In this document: piece by piece, positions 1 through 5,813 of the stretch
How the letters are laid out: every line of letters starts with the position of its first letter
Position numbering within the stretch: position 1 is the stretch's first letter
DNA from: a virus
Taxonomy: Duplodnaviria; Caudoviricetes
IMG/VR virus record: IMGVR_UViG_3300031965_000092
Location: 1 to 36,490 of that record
Strand: one strand, 5' to 3'
Length of the DNA: 36,490 nt
Notes under the pieces: model-generated
Databases searched by the model: none
The model's input: the letters and a program-made list of their open reading frames with translations, nothing else
What the model was told of the DNA's origin: nothing
Position numbers and translations under genes: made by a program

Positions 1-127
1 GACTTTGTCACCTTAGCAATATTGCATTCTTTCATGCACGCGATTAACCATTCTTTTTGCCTGGCAATGCGATCATCTAGCTTGAGAAGACGGACTGACA
101 TGGCATCCATCGCATCATCAACCGCTT
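1..127. repeat. Terminal overlap, left copy (identical to 36313-36439)
   Basis: Direct comparison of the two ends shows 127 identical bases, then divergence. Confidence 0.95.
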
Positions 128-284
128 GCGCTTCCGCTTCCAGATTCTTAATGTACTTGGCGTGCTCGATTAAATGGTCTTCCATGTCATCGTGTAACGT
201 TTCAAGAGATGCAAGATCATTATGGTCTAGCTCTTCCTTGTCCAGCAGTTGCTGGTATTGGGCTTTGATGGGGTATAGGTTCAT
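1..284 (-). CDS. Siphovirus Gp157-like protein, 5' part (continues at 36312-36108 across the junction)
   Basis: ATG at 284 overlaps the TGA of the upstream ATPase; reads MNLYPIKAQYQQLL...YIKNLEAEAQAVDDAMDAM and joins the 36108-36422 ORF. Confidence 0.8.
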   Translation of the reverse strand, partial: MNLYPIKAQYQQLLDKEELDHNDLASLETLHDDMEDHLIEHAKYIKNLEAEAQAVDDAMDAMSVRLLKLDDRIARQKEWLIACMKECNIAKVTK

Positions 285-949
285 GATGCGTCCTCCTCAA
301 AATATTCATTCATTACACGCTTAACCAGTTCCAGATCATTGGGTATCAGCTTATCCCGAAACATATCCATGGGAGATTTTGCCAAATGGATCCCGTCGTT
401 TTGCGTTAAAAATTTATGCTCACCATCTACGACCAGTGCGTGCAGTACAATGCTAGCCATGCCCTCAAGGCACACTGTGTTGTCGATCAGCTTACCAACA
501 GTTTTACATTTAATCATGCCATCGCCACCTTGATCAGAATGCGACATCACAAACGAAGTGAGATCAGATCGACAGTGCGCCAGGTCATTCATAATCTGCC
601 AAGCAGCTTTGCCCAGTTCCGAATATTTTTCGTAACCCTTAACCAATATCTTGGCCATATACTCATTCGTGATCGTATATGAGAAGTCATCGATTATTAA
701 GTTACGAATATCAGGACGCTGCTGGTTAACGTACTTAATGACTTTTAAAATAGTCGCACTGCTATCACTTGCAAAATAATTACCTGTTTTTCGATCATCA
801 GATAATGGGGTGTACTTTGCATTCGCACCTTTAAAGGGTAGTTTTTTATCCAAAACATTAATAATAAACGTTTCTGCTGGATCAAGGGTTCGTAATGACG
901 AACTTTTTCCAGTTCCAGAATGCCCTATCACTAAAACGCAATTACTCAT
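281..949 (-). CDS. AAA_24/Sak4-like phage P-loop ATPase (recombination module)
   Basis: Walker A GHSGTGKS, Walker B LIIDD, C-terminal HLAKSP; adjacent to Gp157-like and SSB-like genes. Confidence 0.8.
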   Translation of the reverse strand: MSNCVLVIGHSGTGKSSSLRTLDPAETFIINVLDKKLPFKGANAKYTPLSDDRKTGNYFASDSSATILKVIKYVNQQRPDIRNLIIDDFSYTITNEYMAKILVKGYEKYSELGKAAWQIMNDLAHCRSDLTSFVMSHSDQGGDGMIKCKTVGKLIDNTVCLEGMASIVLHALVVDGEHKFLTQNDGIHLAKSPMDMFRDKLIPNDLELVKRVMNEYFEEDAS

Positions 950-952
950 CTA

Positions 953-1063
953 TCACTCCCCCGTCTTTTCATGAAAACAATTCCCACACATACCCGATTC
1001 GACTATTTCAGATTCGCATTCGCATATAACGCATAATTTAATTTCATTGTTATTAAAACTCAT
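953..1063 (-). CDS. Small zinc-finger peptide (36 aa, not in ORF track)
   Basis: MSFNNNEIKLCVICECESEIVESGMCGNCFHEKTGE; two CxxC; fills the gap between neighbouring genes. Confidence 0.55.
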   Translation of the reverse strand: MSFNNNEIKLCVICECESEIVESGMCGNCFHEKTGE

Positions 1064-1291
1064 CTATTCATCTCCAAAGTTAAATGTTAAATCCGCCGGG
1101 AATATCTCGCTTAAGTCATTCGGCAGCACATCTGGATGCAAGCGACAAATGCTAATGACTGCGCGTGGGCTGATGCGCCTGACGCCATCACGCCATCGCG
1201 ATATATCGGATGGGTCTTCATTAATCTCGCGCGATAATGCGCGTATAGACTCATACTTATCCAGTATGTCTTTAAACCTTATTTTCGCCAT
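1064..1291 (-). CDS. Cro-like helix-turn-helix regulator
   Basis: SIRALSREINEDPSDISRWRDGVRRISP HTH pattern; 75 aa; no S24 peptidase domain. Confidence 0.7.
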   Translation of the reverse strand: MAKIRFKDILDKYESIRALSREINEDPSDISRWRDGVRRISPRAVISICRLHPDVLPNDLSEIFPADLTFNFGDE

Positions 1292-1647
1292 ATGGGATCA
1301 CCTGTGATTGGGTCTGGCTCGCAGCTCAAACCGTTATGTTTCATGGTTTCAACATGCCTATCAGCCATCTCATCATCAAACAATTCGGATAAATAATCAT
1401 GATGCTCTTCGTATAGCGCGGTGCGAATAGCCTCACCTAAAATTAATGCCTCATCCGTTCCACATGACTTTATATAATTACGCATAGCGGTAATAACATT
1501 ATTATCAAGCATCGCATGAGGATCATCATTAGATGCGAGCAAAACTAAATCGTCTTTTTCAATGCCTGATAACTCGCTATAGCTCTTGTAGCCATCTATC
1601 TCAATCAATCCTTTTATCATTTTTCGTAAACTTCTTTCTTTTTCCAT
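1279..1647 (-). CDS. Hypothetical protein, first gene of leftward operon
   Basis: AGGAGG RBS before the ATG; 122 aa acidic ORF. Confidence 0.75.
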   Translation of the reverse strand: MEKERSLRKMIKGLIEIDGYKSYSELSGIEKDDLVLLASNDDPHAMLDNNVITAMRNYIKSCGTDEALILGEAIRTALYEEHHDYLSELFDDEMADRHVETMKHNGLSCEPDPITGDPIWRK

Positions 1648-1658
1648 ACATCCTCCTA

Positions 1659-1687
1659 TTGCAGTAATGGGAATGATACAGTATACT
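1659..1687 (+). promoter_or_regulatory. Rightward sigma70-type promoter
   Basis: TTGCAG(1659-1664)-17 bp-TATACT(1682-1687). Confidence 0.65.
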
Positions 1688-1701
1688 TGCCATGGTTACA
1701 A
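1673..1701 (-). promoter_or_regulatory. Leftward sigma70-type promoter overlapping the rightward one
   Basis: Minus strand TTGTAA(1701-1696)-17 bp-TATCAT(1678-1673). Confidence 0.6.
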
Positions 1702-1722
1702 TATAACTTAAGGAATAAATAA

Positions 1723-1872
1723 ATGGCAAGAACGAAAGGTGCAGTGACACTGCCCAGTTATCATCGTGAATTAGTGAAATTAATTAAGTCACTAGAAAAG
1801 CGCGTGGCTAAGGCTGAGAAGCAATTGGTTAAACTGAGTGTAAAGCCAGTTAAGAAGGCTAAGAAAGCATAA
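1723..1872 (+). CDS. Small highly basic Lys/Ala-rich protein (49 aa, not in ORF track)
   Basis: AAGGA RBS; MARTKGAVTLPSYHRELVKLIKSLEKRVAKAEKQLVKLSVKPVKKAKKA. Confidence 0.75.
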   Translation: MARTKGAVTLPSYHRELVKLIKSLEKRVAKAEKQLVKLSVKPVKKAKKA

Positions 1873-1876
1873 ACGT

Positions 1877-1948
1877 GATCGCATTCATCTAATTGGATAA
1901 GAGCCAGCTTTATAGGGGCAATGGGAGTTCGAATCTCTCATGCGATCA
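1877..1948 (+). ncRNA. tRNA-like element with defective anticodon arm
   Basis: Acceptor GATCGCAT/ATGCGATC, D-loop AATTGGATA, T-arm GGGAG-TTCGAAT-CTCTC; anticodon arm short and poorly paired; no encoded CCA. Confidence 0.7.
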
Positions 1949-1967
1949 ATTTTAAAGGAATAATATA

Positions 1968-2165
1968 ATGACAGAATTTGCAGGGCAGCAAGACGCCTAT
2001 TTCAATGGCTGCAAAAAAGGCAGCAAAGAGATGTATGACGAGATACGCGAGTATCTAATTAAGCAGCATCGTAAGTATAAAGAGGATGAGCAACACGCTA
2101 AATCGCATGCCATATGGCTTGTGCTGCAAGATTTACATGACATGTATCACTGTGGGAGAGGGTAA
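1968..2165 (+). CDS. Hypothetical protein
   Basis: AAGGA RBS; stop overlaps next start. Confidence 0.7.
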   Translation: MTEFAGQQDAYFNGCKKGSKEMYDEIREYLIKQHRKYKEDEQHAKSHAIWLVLQDLHDMYHCGRG

Positions 2166-2344
2166 TGGTTAAGGTAACGTGCGAACATTCAGGTATTGAG
2201 TTTGAGACTAAGGACATACAGCAAAGCCATGACAAGCTCTTGGAATTTGTTATTAAGATATCCAAAGCTGACGAACCATCTCGGCGTGTATCTATGCAAA
2301 TCGTTCATGAAGCAAGAGATTTATTAAAGGAATTGGAATGCTAA
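2165..2344 (+). CDS. Hypothetical protein, LLEFV paralogue family (59 aa, not in ORF track)
   Basis: TAATG coupling; ...HDKLLEFVIKISK...EARDLLKELEC. Confidence 0.7.
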   Translation: MVKVTCEHSGIEFETKDIQQSHDKLLEFVIKISKADEPSRRVSMQIVHEARDLLKELEC

Positions 2345-2412
2345 CACTTAAAATCATAGGCTTTACAGTATTATTTATCGCGGCGGTTTGGGTGGTTTGG
2401 AGTTTGGTGTGA
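2338..2412 (+). CDS. Single-TM micropeptide (24 aa)
   Basis: MLTLKIIGFTVLFIAAVWVVWSLV; overlaps both neighbours. Confidence 0.45.
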   Translation: MLTLKIIGFTVLFIAAVWVVWSLV

Positions 2413-2570
2413 TTCCTCAATTTATTAAATGTCTATTTGGCGATCATGAGTTTATAGATGCACCATGCTGGTGGGATGGTCGATTAAAGCCAGTTGTTTG
2501 CCTTCATTGTGACACGTACAAGTTTGTGTGGAATAACCAAGCAGGAGTGAGTGATGTTCCTACTAACTAA
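2409..2570 (+). CDS. DUF1660-like small Cys/His phage protein
   Basis: GTG start after GGAG; FIKCLFGDHEF...CLHC pattern. Confidence 0.5.
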   Translation: MIPQFIKCLFGDHEFIDAPCWWDGRLKPVVCLHCDTYKFVWNNQAGVSDVPTN

Positions 2571-2781
2571 AAATTTAGACGATTGCGAAACCCTAATACC
2601 AATCAGGAGCATTGGCGAAGTTATTTTGTATGACAAAGACGATGAATTAAAAGACGATCTAGTTTACTCGATACTAATTTTTAGTAATGAAGAATCAACA
2701 TCAATCGCAAGAGAAGATTTTTATACACCGGACGAAGCAAGAAAGCGGTTTGCCGAGATATATAGGCAATTAGCAGGCTAG
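2554..2781 (+). CDS. Hypothetical protein
   Basis: AGGAG RBS; beta-rich then TPDEARKRF helix. Confidence 0.7.
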   Translation: MFLLTKNLDDCETLIPIRSIGEVILYDKDDELKDDLVYSILIFSNEESTSIAREDFYTPDEARKRFAEIYRQLAG

Positions 2782-2813
2782 ACTGCAACACTACCAGAAT
2801 CGCATAAATTATT

Positions 2814-2854
2814 GCTGTAGAGCCATAAAGTGAATTTATGGCTGTAGAGCCATA
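2814..2854 (+). repeat. 14-bp direct repeat GCTGTAGAGCCATA x2 with intervening hairpin
   Basis: Copies at 2814-2827 and 2841-2854; AGCCATAAA-GTGAA-TTTATGGCT stem-loop. Confidence 0.8.
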
Positions 2855-2865
2855 GGAGAAATTAT

Positions 2866-2980
2866 TTAGACCAAAGACTGATTCGTAAGGTGGTGCATCA
2901 GGTAGAACCCAGCGGCTTTGCTTAAATTGGCGTATCCGCGCAGTACGCAGGCCACCTTGCGAATCAAGTGTTTGGTTTAA
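2866..2980 (+). ncRNA. Structured RNA: about 28-bp closing stem around a multi-hairpin core
   Basis: 2866-2894 pairs with 2951-2980 (three G-U pairs on the + strand, one mismatch, one bulge); inner hairpins GGT-AGA-ACC, AGC-GGCTTT-GCT, GCGTA-TCCGCGCAG-TACGC; intergenic. Confidence 0.7.
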
Positions 2981-2982
2981 TT
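2962..2982 (+). repeat. 21-bp direct repeat AATCAAGTGTTTGGTTTAATT, copy 1
   Basis: Identical to 3556-3576. Confidence 0.9.
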
Positions 2983-3000
2983 TAAATAGAGGAAATATAG

Positions 3001-3336
3001 ATGTTGGAAGACATGAAAGTATCACAATTAGTAAAATTGGTAAGCGCATTAAATGATAGCGCTCAACAACCGCAAATGTGTTTTTGGAATGTTGGAAAAG
3101 CATACTTTATTCGCACTGTCACGATGCACTTGGTTGGCGAATTAATAGCCTTTAACGATAAAGAACTCTTATTGAGAAACGCTTCATGGGTTGCTGACTC
3201 CGGCAGATTTCACGATGCGCTAAAAACAGGTGAACTCAATGAAGTGGAACCGTTTATTAACGATGTTATTTTAAACCGTGATTGTATAGTCGATGCTACG
3301 GAGTGGCTGTTTCAATTACCAAAGGTGCAAAAATGA
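3001..3336 (+). CDS. Putative Sm/LSm-fold protein
   Basis: GAGG RBS; VGKAYFIRT..HLVGELIAFNDKELLLRNA resembles Sm1 and VILNRDCIV resembles Sm2. Confidence 0.55.
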   Translation: MLEDMKVSQLVKLVSALNDSAQQPQMCFWNVGKAYFIRTVTMHLVGELIAFNDKELLLRNASWVADSGRFHDALKTGELNEVEPFINDVILNRDCIVDATEWLFQLPKVQK

Positions 3337-3554
3337 ACTATGCAGTTTTAAAAGCTAATGAGTGGTCGCGGTCGTGGTCGCGGTCGTGGTCGCGGTCGCG
3401 GTCGGGGTCGGGGTCGGGGTCGGGGTCGTGGTCGGGGTCGCGGTCGGGGTCGTGGTCGGGGTCGGGGTCGGGGTCGCGGTCGGGGTCGTGGTCGTGGTCG
3501 GGGTCGCGGTCGGGGTCGGGGTCGGGGTCGTGGTCGTGGTCGTGGTCGGGGTAA
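3333..3554 (+). CDS. Low-complexity (W/R/G-S)n repeat peptide (73 aa)
   Basis: ATGA overlap with the upstream stop; 10-aa leader MNYAVLKANE, then the repeat; TAA exactly at the repeat end. Confidence 0.6.
   Translation: MNYAVLKANEWSRSWSRSWSRSRSGSGSGSGSWSGSRSGSWSGSGSGSRSGSWSWSGSRSGSGSGSWSWSWSG
3363..3551 (+). repeat. Hexamer tandem array (BGGTCG), 32 units, adenine-free
   Basis: Only the first base varies (10 T, 7 C, 15 G); the last unit lacks TCG. Confidence 0.95.
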
Positions 3555-3555
3555 A

Positions 3556-3576
3556 AATCAAGTGTTTGGTTTAATT
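3556..3576 (+). repeat. 21-bp direct repeat, copy 2
   Basis: Identical to 2962-2982; directly precedes the AGGAGG RBS of the next gene. Confidence 0.9.
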
Positions 3577-3587
3577 AGGAGGATGAA

Positions 3588-3857
3588 ATGGAATACGTGG
3601 CAAATCCAGTTATTGTAGATGCTTACAAAATTGACCGATGTTTGACGGATGAAAGTGGCAACTATCAAGTCAGGTTAGACAATGGATTATGGCAAACACC
3701 AACACTTGAAATGATGGCTCGCTACAAGCCTACCATTGGCGACTATTGGGTAATTCAATCAGATGGCTATGTGTACCTTAATCCCGCTGATGTTTTTGAA
3801 AGAAAATACTCACCGTTACAAGGCACTGATTCTTTACCGCAACCAGAAATAGGTTAA
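3588..3857 (+). CDS. Conserved phage hypothetical protein (PVxVxA...GDYW...DGY...VFERKY type)
   Basis: AGGAGG RBS; motif pattern common in phage accessory regions. Confidence 0.7.
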   Translation: MEYVANPVIVDAYKIDRCLTDESGNYQVRLDNGLWQTPTLEMMARYKPTIGDYWVIQSDGYVYLNPADVFERKYSPLQGTDSLPQPEIG

Positions 3858-3862
3858 ACACA

Positions 3863-3932
3863 GGCAGCCATAGCATAACGAATGCAGCCGACCTGTAACG
3901 GTTGATGCAGGTAAAATCCTGCTGGCTGTCCA
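3863..3932 (+). ncRNA. Second tRNA-like cloverleaf, non-canonical loops
   Basis: GGCAGCCA/TGGCTGTC acceptor, GCAT-AACGA-ATGC D-arm, AGCCG-ACCTGTAA-CGGTT anticodon-like arm, GCAGG-TAAAAT-CCTGC T-like arm. Confidence 0.65.
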
Positions 3933-3946
3933 GAATGGATGAGAAG

Positions 3947-4537
3947 ATGAAAATATTAGTTGGATGCGAATTTTCAGGAATAGTACGCTCCGCATTTCGC
4001 AATAAAGGTCATAATGCCTGGTCATGTGATTTGTTAGAAAGTGAAGATAATAGTCCGTATCACATTCAAGAAGATTTACTCTCTATTTTAAATAATGGAT
4101 GGGAATTAGCTATTTTTCACCCCCCCTGCACATACCTAACTAATGCAGGTGTTTGCCATCTTCATAAAGATAAATCCCGGTGGGATTGTATGCGAGAGGG
4201 TGCTGTATTTTTTAAAGCATTACTGGATGCTCCCATACCTAGAATTGCAATTGAAAACCCTATTATGCACAAATATGCAATTGAGATCATCGGGCGCAGG
4301 CAAGACCAACTGATACAGCCATATATGTTTGGCCATCCTGAGAAAAAAGCCACCTGTTTATGGCTTAAAGGATTGCCACCATTAGTACCAACGAATAATG
4401 TTAAAGAGGAAATGCTTTTGTTGCCTAAAAATAAACAACAGCGATTGCATTATTTACCGCCTTCAAAAGATAGGTGGAAGCTTAGAAGCATGACTTATCC
4501 GGGTATCGCCATGGCAATGGCAGAACAGTGGGGATAA
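3947..4537 (+). CDS. Phage C5-cytosine DNA methyltransferase-like protein
   Basis: MKILVGCEFSG (motif I-like), HPPCTYL (catalytic PC), IAIENP, MAEQWG; start moved to the ATG at 3947, after the RNA element. Confidence 0.8.
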   Translation: MKILVGCEFSGIVRSAFRNKGHNAWSCDLLESEDNSPYHIQEDLLSILNNGWELAIFHPPCTYLTNAGVCHLHKDKSRWDCMREGAVFFKALLDAPIPRIAIENPIMHKYAIEIIGRRQDQLIQPYMFGHPEKKATCLWLKGLPPLVPTNNVKEEMLLLPKNKQQRLHYLPPSKDRWKLRSMTYPGIAMAMAEQWG

Positions 4538-4558
4538 TACATTTAATTGGAGAAACAG

Positions 4559-4795
4559 ATGAATAAAAGATTATGTATATCATTAGGATTGATGTTAGCC
4601 CTTATTATTATCATGCCATTTCAATGCGCAAGAGCTTCTAGCTGGGAGTGCATTAACAGAGTTGTGTTATGCCATACATGGCGAATGGCTGTATATGGTG
4701 GCTGGATTGTATCAGGTGATAATTCAGCGGGTGGCAGTGACCACACCTATGCCATGACATTTGTGCCTGATATAGAGCATAAATGGAAACTGTGA
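4559..4795 (+). CDS. Signal peptide + WE..TxR..VxGGW..FVPD domain protein
   Basis: GGAG RBS; basic then hydrophobic N-terminus ending ARA; domain shared with 6693 and 31563 genes. Confidence 0.7.
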   Translation: MNKRLCISLGLMLALIIIMPFQCARASSWECINRVVLCHTWRMAVYGGWIVSGDNSAGGSDHTYAMTFVPDIEHKWKL

Positions 4796-4865
4796 TGCCA
4801 TTTAATTGTACCAACCTTATCACACAATTTTGCTGTGATAGGTTTATAACAAGTGAGGTGGAAGG

Positions 4866-5057
4866 ATGAAAATATTAAAGTTTACTGATAAGCGATATCT
4901 CGTAGTCGATAAAATTGAAGCATATGGTATTCAACAGCAAGAATCATGCTGGATAGTATGGGTTAATATTGGAAATGTGTCTTACAGCAAAGATTGCGAC
5001 ACTGAGGAAGAAGCCAGAACCGAGCTAAAACTAGTTGATGACTGTTTTTATATTTAA
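4866..5057 (+). CDS. Hypothetical protein
   Basis: GAGGTGG RBS; TEEEAR helix like the 2554 gene. Confidence 0.7.
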   Translation: MKILKFTDKRYLVVDKIEAYGIQQQESCWIVWVNIGNVSYSKDCDTEEEARTELKLVDDCFYI

Positions 5058-5071
5058 GAAAAGGTGGAAGT

Positions 5072-5248
5072 ATGGAATTTGTAGAAGTATTAAATTTTAT
5101 GAGAATGGGTGAAAAAATAACTAGACCGATTTTTGCTAAAGGTTTTTATTTTAGCTTAGAAAACTTTTGTGATTATAAAGGAACATTTATCACTCAAGAA
5201 GATATTGATGCAGGCGACTGGGAGCTGGTAAATGACAAACGAAGCTAA
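5072..5248 (+). CDS. DUF2829/Tad2-like protein (58 aa, not in ORF track)
   Basis: MEFVEVLNFMRMGEKITRP...TQEDIDAGDWELV matches the MxFxEA..GxKxxR...xDxxAxDW pattern. Confidence 0.65.
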   Translation: MEFVEVLNFMRMGEKITRPIFAKGFYFSLENFCDYKGTFITQEDIDAGDWELVNDKRS

Positions 5249-5420
5249 GTTCGGGGAGTGGGTGAGCGTGTCTGATAAAATGCCAGATGCGGATGGTCGT
5301 TATTTAGTATGTTGTGATTATTGGTCTAAATGGATTGGTGTTGATGCATTAAGAAATGGCAAATGGGGTGATGAAAAAGTATCTCACTACATGCCACTGC
5401 CACTACCACCGAAGGATTGA
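5232..5420 (+). CDS. DUF551-like protein
   Basis: WVSVSDKMPD...YLV...VSHYMPLPLPP. Confidence 0.8.
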   Translation: MTNEAKFGEWVSVSDKMPDADGRYLVCCDYWSKWIGVDALRNGKWGDEKVSHYMPLPLPPKD

Positions 5421-5424
5421 GAGG

Positions 5425-5610
5425 ATGATACCAAAATTATTTGCTCTTAAAATGTGTCCTTTCTGCGGTGGGGAGCCATCACTTTCAACTGGACAAATTG
5501 GGGCGGCAAGAGCAGTAGCATTTTATATCGAATGTATAGATTGTGCTTCCTCTAGTGACATGAGATATCAACCAGATAAAGCAGCAGAATTATGGAATAA
5601 ACGAATATGA
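5425..5610 (+). CDS. Lar family restriction-alleviation-like protein
   Basis: LKMCPFCGG...IECIDC...AAELWNKR. Confidence 0.75.
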   Translation: MIPKLFALKMCPFCGGEPSLSTGQIGAARAVAFYIECIDCASSSDMRYQPDKAAELWNKRI

Positions 5611-5813
5611 AACATGACTCCAACCACAAACTTGACGTAGCCTGTCTCGATTGCGTGAGAACGCATATAGCACAGAAAGAAAGGTTAATTGCCTATGTCG
5701 AGCGACTATCCGAAGTAGAGCATTATGAATACCCGTTTTCTGGCGATGATATTTTAATGCCGAGTGATTTTTTGAAGGAATTGGAAAAGGAAAACGAAGG
5801 ATTGAGAGAATGA
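5607..5813 (+). CDS. Hypothetical protein
   Basis: ATGA coupling on both sides. Confidence 0.7.
   Translation: MKHDSNHKLDVACLDCVRTHIAQKERLIAYVERLSEVEHYEYPFSGDDILMPSDFLKELEKENEGLRE

Noticed and set aside
1-127. Biological direct terminal repeat of a T7-like genome
   Set aside because: It falls mid-gene and is exactly 127 bp, which fits an assembly overlap better
1877-1948. Functional ochre suppressor tRNA and stop-codon recoding
   Set aside because: The anticodon stem is defective, and conserved genes end normally at TAA, TAG and TGA without fragmentation
2681-3103. 140-aa minus-strand ORF across the ncRNA
   Set aside because: Antisense to two supported genes and the RNA stem; its repeated YGSTAI simply reflects the 14-bp DNA repeat
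3363-3551. CRISPR array or DGR variable region
   Set aside because: Hexamer units with no spacers; no cas gene, reverse transcriptase or adenine-containing template copy seen
3355-3574. Poly-Val (3362-3574 +) and Pro/Thr (3355-3561 -) ORFs as genes
   Set aside because: They are open only because the repeat has no stops; no RBS or coupling
3902-3946. N-terminal extension of the methyltransferase
   Set aside because: It overlaps the tRNA-like element; the family motif begins at ATG 3947
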